Part shown: piece by piece, positions 8,577 through 18,843 of the stretch
How the letters are laid out: each line of letters begins with the position of its first letter
Position numbering within the stretch: position 1 is the stretch's first letter
Source of the DNA: Minisyncoccota bacterium
GTDB lineage: Bacteria > Patescibacteriota > Minisyncoccia > Phycocordibacterales > CALRHW01
Assembly: GCA_046350795.1 (NCBI GenBank)
Contig: JAXLZT010000001.1
Location: 80,468-144,467, forward strand
Direction: 5' to 3'
DNA: 64,000 nt
Program-made: the position numbers and the translations under genes
Notes under the pieces: model-generated
What the model was told of the DNA's origin: nothing
Databases searched by the model: none
The model's input: only the letters and a program-made list of their open reading frames with translations

Positions 8577-9961
8577 TAACAAGGCAACTCGTAAGTCTTC
8601 CCCCTTTCTGGATACAGTGCATCCACTCCCACATAGTCACGCAATCTTTGAACCAAAAAAAGGCCTGATTTTGGTTCACCTAAAACAACAAAAACTTTTT
8701 TTACAGTTTTACTAGTATGTTCTACGAATTCTATTAAATGATCAGAATCCTTGTGCGCAGAATATCCAGAAATATTTTCTATTCTTGCCCTTACAGATAC
8801 GTGCTCCCCTTTTATCACCACCTCACGCACGCCATCTTGTAGTTGGCGACCAAAAGTGCCCAGCCCTTGATACCCGATAAGTAAAATAGTATTTTTTTCA
8901 TCTGGCAAATAGTGCGCTTCATGTCCCACCACTCGCCCACCATTACTCATACCAGAACCAGCAATAATTATTTTTGGATTTGGTGTATTTATAATTCCTC
9001 GAGAATCCTCGCTACGAATAACATTTTTGAGTTTTGGAAAATTAAATATATGGTCACCACCAGCAATATCCCTTCTCGTAGCCTCGTTGAAGAGTTTTTG
9101 CGAACTCTGACGTTGATATATATCTGTAATCTTTATTGCAAGCGGAGAATCTAGGTAAACCGGAATTTGCGGTACAACTCCATCTTCCATCATATTATTT
9201 ATTTTATATAAGATAATCTGTGTGCGTTCTAGAGAAAAAGAAGGAATCACGAGAACTCCTTGTTTTTTTATAGTATCTTTTATGACCGCCACAAGTTTCT
9301 TATCAGAATCAGCCTGATTTTCATGATTCCTGTCACCGTATACACTATCTAAAACAAGATAGTCTGCATCCGTAACCCACTCTGTATCCTTTAAAAGCAT
9401 AGCCGGAGAATTACCCAAATCGCCACAAAAAACGATCTTTTTACCATTGTATGAAAGCTCGTATATAGCCGAACCAAGCACGTGTCCAGCATCCTTTAAA
9501 TATACTTTAAAGTCCGGCGCGCTTAGGTTGCCACCGACCACTTTCTCCTGATGATATGGAATAGTCTGCCAAAGCGAAAAAGCTTGGTTTACATGAATAT
9601 CAAAATACATTGGCGGTTTACCATTTGCCTTTGACTCCATTTCAATAATTTTTACAGCGTCTTCTAGCATCAGACGTGCTATTTCTCTCGTCTGCTCTGT
9701 AGAATAAATAACTCCCTTAAAACCGTCTTTTACGAGTTTTGGAATTCTACCTATATGATCTATGTGAGCGTGTGTTACAAAAAGTATATCAATACTCGCT
9801 GGATCATATGAAAAATCTTTTTTATTTTCTTCTTCTGCGTACTGACTTCCCTGCATTAATCCGCAATCAACAAGTATTTTTGTCTTGTCGCTTTCTAATA
9901 AAAAGTTGGCGCCAGTCACGGTGCCCACTCCCGTGCAAAATGTAAGTTTAAGAGATGACAT
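8576..9961 (-). CDS. metallo-beta-lactamase fold, beta-CASP family RNA-metabolising hydrolase
   Basis: HAHIDHIGRIP motif, MBL fold then beta-CASP-like C-terminal region; start taken at MSSLKLTF (9961), ORF-track start 10027. Confidence 0.7.
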   Translation of the reverse strand: MSSLKLTFCTGVGTVTGANFLLESDKTKILVDCGLMQGSQYAEEENKKDFSYDPASIDILFVTHAHIDHIGRIPKLVKDGFKGVIYSTEQTREIARLMLEDAVKIIEMESKANGKPPMYFDIHVNQAFSLWQTIPYHQEKVVGGNLSAPDFKVYLKDAGHVLGSAIYELSYNGKKIVFCGDLGNSPAMLLKDTEWVTDADYLVLDSVYGDRNHENQADSDKKLVAVIKDTIKKQGVLVIPSFSLERTQIILYKINNMMEDGVVPQIPVYLDSPLAIKITDIYQRQSSQKLFNEATRRDIAGGDHIFNFPKLKNVIRSEDSRGIINTPNPKIIIAGSGMSNGGRVVGHEAHYLPDEKNTILLIGYQGLGTFGRQLQDGVREVVIKGEHVSVRARIENISGYSAHKDSDHLIEFVEHTSKTVKKVFVVLGEPKSGLFLVQRLRDYVGVDALYPERGKTYELPC

Positions 9962-10379
9962 TTTTTTTGTTAGCAAAATATAAAAATATTGCAGAAACAA
10001 CACCACCCAAAGAATCCATAATGACATCTTTTACTGTATCAAAAATATGGTCGGCTAGTGGACCATATAAAAAAGTAATACCTGTAACGTATTCGAAAAT
10101 TTCCCAAACAAAACCTATACCAATAGCAACTGTGGTAGCGACAAGTATAAAAAACTTGAGATCACTCCTTTTTGGTACAGATATATATCCAGAAAAGAAA
10201 AGAATCCATAATGAAAAATACCCAAACCAAAAACCGCCAAGAAAATGCATTAAAATATCAAACCAATCCAAAGTCCAATACAGATAATAATGTACAGCGA
10301 CCTGCTGAAGTATTCCAATAACAAGTATTATGAAAAAAAGAAACAAAAAAAGTGGTTTTTTGAGCATCATTCTTTTCAA
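9948..10379 (-). CDS. VanZ-like integral membrane protein
   Basis: 4 predicted TM helices and D-x3-D-x2-GG motif (IFDTVKDVIMDSLGG). Confidence 0.45.
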   Translation of the reverse strand: MKRMMLKKPLFLFLFFIILVIGILQQVAVHYYLYWTLDWFDILMHFLGGFWFGYFSLWILFFSGYISVPKRSDLKFFILVATTVAIGIGFVWEIFEYVTGITFLYGPLADHIFDTVKDVIMDSLGGVVSAIFLYFANKKNVIS

Positions 10380-10710
10380 TAATAACTTTTTTATCTGAAA
10401 ATTAAAACATCCGCTTTCGCGGATATCTTAATAAGGGTTACTCGAGTATATTGCCCTAGTGTTTAGCTAGGTGGGTGCCCGAAACGCTATACCAAGGTAT
10501 AGAATTATCTTTGGCTCCCTGAATATTTATTTAATCTAGATAATATCCCAAATAACCCTGTCATAATTATACGCCTGTCTACACACCATTCAATCTTTTT
10601 GCACACATTTTGCATCATTGTGATACAAATCAGAAAGAGAAGCAAGAAAAGCAACAAAAAATGGCTTCAAAAAAGAGTTAAGTGAGATTGATTTTTAAAT
10701 GTACAAAATT

Positions 10711-11328
10711 TTATTCCAAAATACCGTCTAAATTTACATCGTAAAGCATCTGCTCTGCGAGAAGTCTGTAGTCCACCACCTCTTCTGGAGAAAACCAGTG
10801 ATTTATTTCATTGTTTGCTTCCTCTACTGAGCCTGAAGCATGCACTAGATTGCGCACTGCACGTCCATCTGTATCTGACATCATGTATGAATCAAGAACA
10901 AAGTCTCCGCGAATAGTACCGACATCTGTAGAAAGTGGCTCTGTGCCTCCAGTGATCTTGCGAACAATCTTTACAGCATGTGCACCCTGCCAGACCATAG
11001 CTATCACAGGACCACTTGTCATGTATTTCTTTAAAACATCCAAAACAACTCTTGTTATTTCTAGAGGGTCTTCTGTTGTGAGAGTCTCCCCTTTTTCTTT
11101 TGCTACTTTGATGCGCTTTTCACCTGTAATGCGTCGCCACTCTGGATCTAGTGTGTAATGTTGCTCGATTTTTTCTGCTGTAGGCACCAACATTTTGATA
11201 GCTACTAGCTTGAGGCCAGCTCGCTCGTATCTTTTGATAATCTCTCCGATGAGAGTTCGTTGCACGCCGTCTGGTTTGATAATCACGAGAGTCCGCTCGT
11301 TTTTCGGATGTGAATTTTTTGTCATTTT
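10711..11328 (-). CDS. ndk: nucleoside diphosphate kinase
   Basis: ERTLVIIKPDGVQR..., NLVHASGSVEEANNEINHWF; start at MTKNS. Confidence 0.85.
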   Translation of the reverse strand, partial: KMTKNSHPKNERTLVIIKPDGVQRTLIGEIIKRYERAGLKLVAIKMLVPTAEKIEQHYTLDPEWRRITGEKRIKVAKEKGETLTTEDPLEITRVVLDVLKKYMTSGPVIAMVWQGAHAVKIVRKITGGTEPLSTDVGTIRGDFVLDSYMMSDTDGRAVRNLVHASGSVEEANNEINHWFSPEEVVDYRLLAEQMLYDVNLDGILE

Positions 11329-11462
11329 GTAAGTATAAAAGAGGGGTTTGAAAAAGACAAGTTTAAAAATCAAAAAAGTGACTCCCTCTCTAAAGCGCTT
11401 CGCTAACCCATTCGGGAATTACTTTCTTGATTTTTTTACATTATCCTTTATTATTCAAAATT

Positions 11463-12143
11463 ATGAATGACTATGTTTTACTATCAGAAAGATTCTCCCG
11501 CTTTAAAGAAATAAGTAGAGAGGAGGAAACTATAATTAATCTAATAAGACAAAACATTTTGGTCAATGAAAATTGCAAAATATTGGATATTGGTTCAAAT
11601 AGAGGTGCAATATCTCATGCCCTGCAAAAAAATACAAACAACATAACCTTAATAGATGTAGAAGATTTTGACATTAAGACAGGTGCAAGATTTTTTAAAG
11701 GAAAATGGGAAGATCTAAATCTAGATGAAAAATTTGATGTTATCCTAGCTAGTCATATTTGGGGACATTTTCATTATGAAAAAACAACAAGAAAGTCTTT
11801 CGAAAAAGCTCTAAACTCCCTTACCCCTAAAGGCAAAATAATTCTTTGTTACAATTCCAACGATGATTTTGTTGGAAAACTAGTAAATTTTTGTAATACA
11901 ATATTTAATGATTTCCAATACGATATCTTTGATGAATCATTATTGGACAATCCCAAAATAGTAAACTTTTCTTTAACATTAAAATGTAAAGATTTCGGAG
12001 AGTTGGCAGATTTAGTCCAGGTATTGATTATCGTTCCAGATACTGAATTTGAGTCTAAGAAAGCAGAGATAGAAAGTTTTTTGCGCAACAATCTGGAAAA
12101 ACCAGAATTTGCTATAAACCAAAAACTGGTAATCATTGGTTAG
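11463..12143 (+). CDS. class I SAM-dependent methyltransferase
   Basis: motif I ILDIGSNRG, acidic residue after beta2 (LIDVED). Confidence 0.6.
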   Translation: MNDYVLLSERFSRFKEISREEETIINLIRQNILVNENCKILDIGSNRGAISHALQKNTNNITLIDVEDFDIKTGARFFKGKWEDLNLDEKFDVILASHIWGHFHYEKTTRKSFEKALNSLTPKGKIILCYNSNDDFVGKLVNFCNTIFNDFQYDIFDESLLDNPKIVNFSLTLKCKDFGELADLVQVLIIVPDTEFESKKAEIESFLRNNLEKPEFAINQKLVIIG

Positions 12144-12184
12144 TAAACAAAAAGTCCGTACCCTTTTTAGTACTTTTTGTTTAC
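12143..12184. terminator. bidirectional AT-rich hairpin GTAAACAAAAAGT...ACTTTTTGTTTAC
   Basis: 13-bp inverted repeat between convergent methyltransferase and map. Confidence 0.45.
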
Positions 12185-12188
12185 TACC

Positions 12189-12959
12189 TTACTCCCCCTT
12201 TGTCAAAACAATTGGCGGGCCATCTGTGATGGCCACAGTGTGTTCAAAGTGCGCGCTACGTTTGCCGTCGCGTGTGCGAAAAGTGTATCCATCCTGATCT
12301 AGTTTTATTTTTCCTGTACCAATATTTAGCATCGGCTCTATAGCTATGACCATACCGGGCTTGAGTAATATACCTGTACCTTTTTTACCGGTATTTGGTA
12401 CATACGGCTCTTCATGCACAGCATACCCCACACCATGACCAGCAAGACCTTCAGCATTTGAAAATCCACGTGATGTAGCAAAAGTTTCGATAGCGTATCC
12501 AATGTCACCTATGCGAGCTCCGCCACGCGCTGCTTCTATTCCCTTTTGCAAAGCTTCACGAGTCACTTTCAAAAGTGTCTTTGCTTCATCATCTATTTTT
12601 CCCACAGGCACAGTGATAGCAGAATCTACCACCATGCCTTTGTGTGTAATACAAAAATCCAAACCTACGATGTCGCCCTCTTTTAAGATACGATCTTCGC
12701 TCGGTATGCCATGTACCACTTCATCGTTTATAGAGACACACATACTAGCCGGATATGGTCTTTTTGCTCCATATGGCTTGTAGTGTAAAAGAGATAGCTC
12801 ATCCCCACCCTCTAGGGCAAGCTCGCGCGCACGGTCATCTAGAGCCTTTGTAGACACTCCCGGTGCCACCATCTTTTCTAGTTCACGCAAGATAAAAGCC
12901 AAGCGCTTTCCACCCTCTCTTAGAATCTCTATTTCCTCCTGTGTCTTTATTGTAACCAT
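12189..12959 (-). CDS. map: methionine aminopeptidase type I
   Basis: metal ligands in DIVGLDFC, GHGVG, VIAIEPM, HFEHTVAIT. Confidence 0.9.
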   Translation of the reverse strand: MVTIKTQEEIEILREGGKRLAFILRELEKMVAPGVSTKALDDRARELALEGGDELSLLHYKPYGAKRPYPASMCVSINDEVVHGIPSEDRILKEGDIVGLDFCITHKGMVVDSAITVPVGKIDDEAKTLLKVTREALQKGIEAARGGARIGDIGYAIETFATSRGFSNAEGLAGHGVGYAVHEEPYVPNTGKKGTGILLKPGMVIAIEPMLNIGTGKIKLDQDGYTFRTRDGKRSAHFEHTVAITDGPPIVLTKGE

Positions 12960-12995
12960 GGCAACAAGTGTATGAAACAAAAAGATAACTTTTAT

Positions 12996-13589
12996 TTAGT
13001 ATAAAATCAACTTTTCTTTGATGTCGGCAAAAACTTTTTCTCTCCCCTGCTCACCGTCTACTTCTATAAAATTATAGTTGGGATTGTTGCGATAATACTC
13101 TATAGCTGGCACCACATCAGTATCAAACCAGCCCAGACGTGTTTCTATGCCTTCTGGTGAGTCATCAGATCGTCCACGTGACATCAAATGCTTTCTGGAC
13201 CATTCGCGACTGACTCTAGGATAGATTACATTTGCCTTTCGCCCATAAAAAGAAAGCGCTGAATCGAAACTTTCAGCCTCTATGAGAGATCGAGCGACAC
13301 CGTCAATAATCAGATGCTCGTCTCCTTTGAAATTTTTTATCATCACATCAGCGGCAAGCCATATCGCAAGAAAATCTGGCTGACGTTCTTTTCTAGAATA
13401 AATTTTTGCAGAAAGCTCGCTCGTATAACCCTTTTCTTTTATAAACTCACGAAATTTTTCTCCGGACTCTAGATGAAAAACCGGACGGACTGCTGTGTCT
13501 TTTTCTTTTAAATATGCTTTTAAAAATTCAGCCTGAGTCCCCTTACCGCACCCCGAATTGCCTATGAATATAAATGTTTGTGGGTTCAT
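12996..13589 (-). CDS. adk: adenylate kinase-like nucleoside monophosphate kinase
   Basis: P-loop IGNSGCGKGTQAE, LIIDGVARS; conserved position after secY. Confidence 0.78.
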   Translation of the reverse strand: MNPQTFIFIGNSGCGKGTQAEFLKAYLKEKDTAVRPVFHLESGEKFREFIKEKGYTSELSAKIYSRKERQPDFLAIWLAADVMIKNFKGDEHLIIDGVARSLIEAESFDSALSFYGRKANVIYPRVSREWSRKHLMSRGRSDDSPEGIETRLGWFDTDVVPAIEYYRNNPNYNFIEVDGEQGREKVFADIKEKLILY

Positions 13590-13667
13590 GAGTTAAGTAT
13601 ACCAGTAGACAAGAGAAAAACATCATAGCGATTGACGCGTGCTTTTCAAATGATGTTTTTCGTTGGC

Positions 13668-14939
13668 CTAGTACTCTCTTATTGAGATTTGCGCCTCAGT
13701 CTTTTTGATGAGATCAATAACCACAGAAACCACGATAAGTAGCGCGGTACCACCAACAGAGAAAGCTGTGATACCTGTACCCGCTTTTACGACAAGAGGA
13801 AGCACAGCGATGATACCTAGGAATAGCGCACCAAAAAGTGTGAGACGAGTGAGTATGCGAGCGATATGATCTGAAGTGGATTGACCTGGTCGCACACCTG
13901 GGATAAATGCTCCACCTTTTTGCAGGTTTGTAGAAATAGAGTCTGGATCAAAAGTCACGGCTGTGTAGAAATATGTGAAGATAAACACAAGGAAGAAATA
14001 CAATACACCGTGTATCCAGCCGTTATTTAGGAAATCCAGGACAAACCTTGAAACACTCTGAAATGTTGCATTGTTTACATTATGAAGGAAATTAAAAATC
14101 ATCTGAGGGAAAAGCAGGATAGAAAGAGCAAAGATGATTGGAATCACTCCAGCTTGATTGAGTCGCAAAGGCAAATATGTAGACACGCCACCGTATACCT
14201 TTGCTCCACGAACACGCTTTGCATATGTAATAGGAATAGGTCGCTCTGCTTCTGTAATCACCACTACACCAGCGATGACCACGAGTGTCACAGCAACAAA
14301 CAAAATGTATGTAGGTATTTGAGAAGGTTCAAAAATCAAAGCAAGTTGAGAAATACCTGAAGGAAGTCTAGATACTATACCAGCGAAAATGATAAGTGAT
14401 AGACCGTTACCTATACCATACTCAGAAATAAGCTCACCTATCCACATAAGCAACATAGCACCAGCTACAATGATGGCGATATTTACTATCTGATCAAAAC
14501 CACTTATAGAAGCGAGTACACCGTTTGTTCTCAAAAGTGCCAAAAATCCAAAAGCTTGCACAGCTGCAATAGGCACAGTGAGCATACGTGAATATTGTGA
14601 AAACTTTTTTCGTCCAGCATCTCCCTCCTCTTGGTATAAAGCCTTTAATCTAGGAGACATGATGGTCGAAAGTTGCATGATAATAGAAGCCGTAATGTAT
14701 GGACTCACTCCAATCATCACTATAGATAGATTTGAAAAACCACCTCCAGAGAAAATATTGAAAAGATTTAGAAAATCATTACCAGCAAAAAGAGCTTGTA
14801 ACTTTAAAGTATCCACACCTGGAATAGGAATAGCAGCGAAAAGACGAAAGACCACTAGAGCTCCCAATGTGAACAAAATTCTCTTTCGTAGGATTCGATC
14901 CTGAAAGATTGATTTTATTTTTGCGAAAAAAGTTTTCAT
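13668..14939 (-). CDS. secY: preprotein translocase subunit SecY
   Basis: 10-TM protein, GGGFSNLSIVMIGVSPYITASIIMQL. Confidence 0.93.
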   Translation of the reverse strand: MKTFFAKIKSIFQDRILRKRILFTLGALVVFRLFAAIPIPGVDTLKLQALFAGNDFLNLFNIFSGGGFSNLSIVMIGVSPYITASIIMQLSTIMSPRLKALYQEEGDAGRKKFSQYSRMLTVPIAAVQAFGFLALLRTNGVLASISGFDQIVNIAIIVAGAMLLMWIGELISEYGIGNGLSLIIFAGIVSRLPSGISQLALIFEPSQIPTYILFVAVTLVVIAGVVVITEAERPIPITYAKRVRGAKVYGGVSTYLPLRLNQAGVIPIIFALSILLFPQMIFNFLHNVNNATFQSVSRFVLDFLNNGWIHGVLYFFLVFIFTYFYTAVTFDPDSISTNLQKGGAFIPGVRPGQSTSDHIARILTRLTLFGALFLGIIAVLPLVVKAGTGITAFSVGGTALLIVVSVVIDLIKKTEAQISIREY

Positions 14940-14940
14940 A

Positions 14941-15375
14941 TTATTCTGCTACTGTACCGCCAGCTTTTTCTATCTTTGTCTTTGCGCCAACTGATACTAG
15001 ACATCCTGAAATAGTTAGCTTTTTTGTAAGGTCACCACCAGCAAGAATCTTTACTGTTGCTCGTGTTCCCTTTCTTAAGTTTATCACACCCTTTTCTACT
15101 AGTGTGTTTGGGGTTACGCTTTCACCATTTGAAAAAGCAGTCTCTATTACGCCCAGGTTTACAGATATAGATTTTGAACGAATAGTGTTGAAAGAATATC
15201 CGCGTAGCTTTGGTAGACGCTTTATGAAATCACGAATCTCAGGTCGTAGCTTTCCACCTGCGCGAGCTTTCTGACCCTTTGTGCCTCGGCCAGAAGTTTT
15301 GCCACGCTTACCGCCACGTCCCACTGATTGAGACTTTTTGTTTGATGTTTTTCTTTTTATATTATGAATCTGCAT
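14941..15375 (-). CDS. rplO: 50S ribosomal protein L15 (uL15)
   Basis: Gly/Lys-rich N-terminus GRGGKRGKTSGRGTKGQKARAGG; operon position. Confidence 0.92.
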   Translation of the reverse strand: MQIHNIKRKTSNKKSQSVGRGGKRGKTSGRGTKGQKARAGGKLRPEIRDFIKRLPKLRGYSFNTIRSKSISVNLGVIETAFSNGESVTPNTLVEKGVINLRKGTRATVKILAGGDLTKKLTISGCLVSVGAKTKIEKAGGTVAE

Positions 15376-15379
15376 GGTT

Positions 15380-16024
15380 TTATGCTTTTACACTTTCAGC
15401 TGCCACTTTTGCCGCTTCTACTGAAGCTTTTACCTTTCTTGTTTTTAGTTTTCTCAAAGCTTCGATAGCTGCACGGGCATTGTTTAATTTGTTTTTACTT
15501 CGAGAAAAAATCTTTGCACCTGAGTTTTTAATACCAGCAAGCTCTAGTACAGGTCGTACTGAGCTACCTGCGATAATACCTTTTCCTGGAGCTGGCATAA
15601 TCATTACCCTAGATCCACAGTACTTTGCCTCCACGTCATGAGAAATAGACATGTCTTTTGTCAAAGTCACAGTAATCATGTTTTTCTTTGCATCTCGCAC
15701 TGCTTTATCAATAGCCAAAGAAGTGTCTCCTGCTTTTCCTATACCCACTCCCACAGAGCCTTTTTTATTACCAGCCACTATAGCCACACTAAAGCTAAAT
15801 CGGCGTCCTCCAGTTACCACACGAGTCACTCGGCGAATACTGATGATTTTCTGATCAAATTCTGGCTTTGCTCGAGCTTCGCGTCGTGGAGATTTTCTCG
15901 GATTTTTCTGAAAAGAAGATCGGCGATCTTGACCACCTACACCAAAAGTCTTTTGAGTTTTAGACTCTGTTGTCGCAGTCTCTACTGGTGGAATATTTTC
16001 TGTTGTAGTTGTTTCTGTTTCCAT
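15380..16024 (-). CDS. rpsE: 30S ribosomal protein S5 (uS5) with N-terminal extension
   Basis: VTRVVTGGRRFSFSVAIVAGNKKGSVGVGIGKA...IMPAPGKGIIAG. Confidence 0.92.
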   Translation of the reverse strand: METETTTTENIPPVETATTESKTQKTFGVGGQDRRSSFQKNPRKSPRREARAKPEFDQKIISIRRVTRVVTGGRRFSFSVAIVAGNKKGSVGVGIGKAGDTSLAIDKAVRDAKKNMITVTLTKDMSISHDVEAKYCGSRVMIMPAPGKGIIAGSSVRPVLELAGIKNSGAKIFSRSKNKLNNARAAIEALRKLKTRKVKASVEAAKVAAESVKA

Positions 16025-16027
16025 ATA

Positions 16028-16378
16028 TTAAAACTTTAATCCTCCCTCTCTAGCACCCTCTGCCACCGCTTTTATCTTGCCAGTATACACAAATCCGCCT
16101 CGATCAAAAACAACTTCTTTGATGTTTTTTTCCAAAGCTTTTTTTGCTATCTCTTTTCCAGCAGCCAAAGCCTTCTCTGTGCCAGTCTTTCCTTTTACAT
16201 CTTTTGTAGAAGAAGCGACTAGAGTCTTGCCCGCTTCATCATCTATAAGCTGTAGATAAAGAGCTGTGTTTGTTTTTGCTACTGAAAAACGTGGGCGTAG
16301 AGAAGTACCAGAAATCACTGTTCGGATTTTCTTGTGTCGTCTTACTCTTTTTTCTGTTTTAATCTGACTTTTACTCAT
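16028..16378 (-). CDS. rplR: 50S ribosomal protein L18 (uL18)
   Basis: RPRFSVAKTNTALYLQLIDD...FDRGGFVYTGKIKAVAEGAREGGL. Confidence 0.92.
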   Translation of the reverse strand: MSKSQIKTEKRVRRHKKIRTVISGTSLRPRFSVAKTNTALYLQLIDDEAGKTLVASSTKDVKGKTGTEKALAAGKEIAKKALEKNIKEVVFDRGGFVYTGKIKAVAEGAREGGLKF

Positions 16379-16387
16379 GTTATTTTT

Positions 16388-16918
16388 TTATGCGGCCTTC
16401 TTTCCCTGCTTTCGGCGAATTACTTCATCTGAATATCGGATACCCTTACCTTTGTAAGGCTCAGGCTTTTTCAGTGAACGAATCTTTGCCACAAACTGAC
16501 CTACTTTTTCTATATCAATACCAGTCACAGTGATATTACCTTTTTCAGAGACCACTTTTAGATCAGCTGGGATAGGCACTTTTACTAAATGTGAAAAACC
16601 AAGTCCCATCACTAGCTCAGCTCCCTTTACTTCCGCCTTGTATCCAATACCTTCTATGATGAGCTTTTTTTCAAATGCTTTGTTTACACCAGCAATCATG
16701 TTGGTTAGATGAGAAGCAAATGTGCCCCAAAGAGCTACGTTTTTGTTTTCTTTGTTTAGAGAAAGAACAGCAGTACCGTCAGCAACAGTCACCACTACTC
16801 CGCCACCAAACTCCCTTGAGATCTCACCGAGAGGACCTTTTACTATGACCATATCACCAGAAGTTTTCACTTCTGTTTTCTCTGGGATTGTTATTACTTT
16901 TTTACCGATTCTAGACAT
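16388..16918 (-). CDS. rplF: 50S ribosomal protein L6 (uL6)
   Basis: MSRIGKKVITIP...GIGYKAEVKG...GFSHLV; operon position. Confidence 0.92.
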   Translation of the reverse strand: MSRIGKKVITIPEKTEVKTSGDMVIVKGPLGEISREFGGGVVVTVADGTAVLSLNKENKNVALWGTFASHLTNMIAGVNKAFEKKLIIEGIGYKAEVKGAELVMGLGFSHLVKVPIPADLKVVSEKGNITVTGIDIEKVGQFVAKIRSLKKPEPYKGKGIRYSDEVIRRKQGKKAA

Positions 16919-16944
16919 TTTTGTTTTATTTTCTTCGCTGATTT

Positions 16945-17334
16945 TTACCAGATCTTAAACAATACTTCACCTCCCACCTTTTCTTTCTTTGCTTCTTTAT
17001 TTGTCATTATTCCTTTTGGTGTAGTGAGGACGAGTAAACCTGTGCCATATTTTACAGATCGCAAATCTTTTGATTTTTGATAAATTCTTTTTGAAAGTTT
17101 TGAAACGCGCTGTACACCTCTAACCTTTGGAGATCCATCAGCTTCATAGTTGAGCTCTGCCTCTATAAACTTTGTCACTTTTTTTCCTTTCTTTGCTACA
17201 GATTTTAGGTAACCCTCTTTTTGTAACACAGAAGCAATTTCGAATTTGATTTTTGAATATGGAAATACGAGAGACTCCTTTTTTACGTCTCCAGCGTTTT
17301 TTATTCTTGTTATCATGTCAGCTATTTGATCCAT
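16945..17334 (-). CDS. rpsH: 30S ribosomal protein S8 (uS8)
   Basis: MDQIADMITRIKNA...GGEVLFKIW; start at MDQIAD (17334). Confidence 0.9.
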   Translation of the reverse strand: MDQIADMITRIKNAGDVKKESLVFPYSKIKFEIASVLQKEGYLKSVAKKGKKVTKFIEAELNYEADGSPKVRGVQRVSKLSKRIYQKSKDLRSVKYGTGLLVLTTPKGIMTNKEAKKEKVGGEVLFKIW

Positions 17335-17344
17335 ATATGTATTT

Positions 17345-17530
17345 TTACCAAGAAGATTTCTTGATTCCCGGGATTTTACCCTCGTTAGCAAACTCTCTAA
17401 AACAGATACGGCATAGATCAAAATCTCTCATATATCCTCGCTTTCGACCACATCTAAAACATCGTCTTACCACTCTCGTGCTAAACTTTGGTTCCTTTTT
17501 TGATCTTGCTATAACTGATGTTTTTGCCAT
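17345..17530 (-). CDS. rpsZ: 30S ribosomal protein S14 type Z (zinc-binding)
   Basis: 61 aa, CFRCGRKRG...CRICFRE Zn ribbon. Confidence 0.92.
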   Translation of the reverse strand: MAKTSVIARSKKEPKFSTRVVRRCFRCGRKRGYMRDFDLCRICFREFANEGKIPGIKKSSW

Positions 17531-17550
17531 ATTGTGTAGGGATTAGAATA

Positions 17551-18138
17551 CTAGGATTTAGCCTTTTTAGCAACCTTTTTACCCTTTTCATTCTCCTCCG
17601 ACTTTTTGAATGGAAAACCTAGGTGGTCAAAGAAAGCCTTAGCCTCTTCCTTGCTTTTTGCTGTAGTCACCACAGTAATAGACATACCGAAAATATCCTT
17701 TAGTTCTTCATCTGTAGTTTCCGGGAAAATAGTATGCTCTCTGATGCCTAGGGTGTAGTTGCCCATACCATCAATAGCGCTAGAAGAAATACCTCGAAAA
17801 TCCTTTGTACGAGGCAAAGCGATATTGATGAGTTTATCTAGAAAGTCATACATTCGCTTGCCACGAAGTGTGACCTGAAAGCCTACTGGATCGCCTTGTC
17901 TTACCTTAAAGGCAGCGATAGAAACTTTTGCACCCTTTTTTACTGCTTTTTGTCCGGTAATTTTTGTTAGACGATCAGCTACTAGATCGATTTTCTTTTT
18001 ATCCTTAAAAGATCCAACACCAGAGCTCACTACCACTTTTACTATATGTGGAGCTTGCATAGGATTCTTATATCCCTGCATTTCTGAAAGAGCTTTAAAA
18101 GTTGAGTCGTTTTTTTCTTTTATAGTTTTGATAGACAT
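17551..18138 (-). CDS. rplE: 50S ribosomal protein L5 (uL5)
   Basis: NPMQAPHIVKVVVSSGVG...GFQVTLRGKRMYDFLDKLINIALPRTKDFRGI. Confidence 0.92.
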   Translation of the reverse strand: MSIKTIKEKNDSTFKALSEMQGYKNPMQAPHIVKVVVSSGVGSFKDKKKIDLVADRLTKITGQKAVKKGAKVSIAAFKVRQGDPVGFQVTLRGKRMYDFLDKLINIALPRTKDFRGISSSAIDGMGNYTLGIREHTIFPETTDEELKDIFGMSITVVTTAKSKEEAKAFFDHLGFPFKKSEENEKGKKVAKKAKS

Positions 18139-18149
18139 ACTTTTGAAAT

Positions 18150-18455
18150 TTATACCTTTGCTCCGCTCTTTTTAGTCATGCGGATTTTTTTACCATTCTC
18201 TATTTTTAGAGTGACACGTGTACCTTTATTTGTCTTAGGATCAACAATCATGACATTTGAAACGTTTATGGGCATAGCTTTGTCTATGATCTGACCCTTT
18301 TGTCCGCCGTTTCTTGCGCGCTCATGCACTTTGCGTAGGTTGATTCCAGCTACAATTACTTTATTTTCTTTAGGCAAAGACTTGGTAACTTTTCCAGTTT
18401 TACCTTTGTCTTTTCCAGTGATCACTATGATGTTGTCGTCTTTTCGGATTTTCAT
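18150..18455 (-). CDS. rplX: 50S ribosomal protein L24 (uL24)
   Basis: MKIRKDDNIIVITGKDKGKTGKV... KOW motif. Confidence 0.92.
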   Translation of the reverse strand: MKIRKDDNIIVITGKDKGKTGKVTKSLPKENKVIVAGINLRKVHERARNGGQKGQIIDKAMPINVSNVMIVDPKTNKGTRVTLKIENGKKIRMTKKSGAKV

Positions 18456-18460
18456 AATAT

Positions 18461-18832
18461 TTATACTACTTCTGGCGCCTTTGAAATGATTGTTTGAAAA
18501 CCTTTTTCAGCCATTTCTCTAGGAATAGGACCGAAGATTCTACCAGCGATAGGCTCATCTTTCTCTTTTTCTAGTATGACTACTGCGTTTTCATCAAATC
18601 GGATATATGATCCGTCCTTTCGGCGGAAAGCTGCTTTTTGTCGCACAACCACTGCGCGAAGTACATCTTTCTTTTTTACAGATTTTCTAGGAGCTGCTTT
18701 TTGCACAGAAAGAATAATAGTATCGCCAATAGTTGCCCATCTTTTCTTTGAGCTACCTAGCACCTTAAACACTCGTCCGATTTGTGCTCCGGAGTTGTCA
18801 GCTATTTTAATAATTGATCGTGGTTGAATCAT
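18461..18832 (-). CDS. rplN: 50S ribosomal protein L14 (uL14)
   Basis: MIQPRSIIKIADNSGAQIGRVFKVLG. Confidence 0.93.
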   Translation of the reverse strand: MIQPRSIIKIADNSGAQIGRVFKVLGSSKKRWATIGDTIILSVQKAAPRKSVKKKDVLRAVVVRQKAAFRRKDGSYIRFDENAVVILEKEKDEPIAGRIFGPIPREMAEKGFQTIISKAPEVV

Positions 18833-18843
18833 GGTTTTAAATT

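Noticed and set aside
15638-16039. Many 60-175-aa antisense ORFs across the ribosomal protein, tuf, fusA and pil genes (for example 15638-16039, 20097-20621, 22608-23078, 29013-29435)
   Set aside because: They are antisense to highly conserved genes and have no motifs; shadow ORFs.
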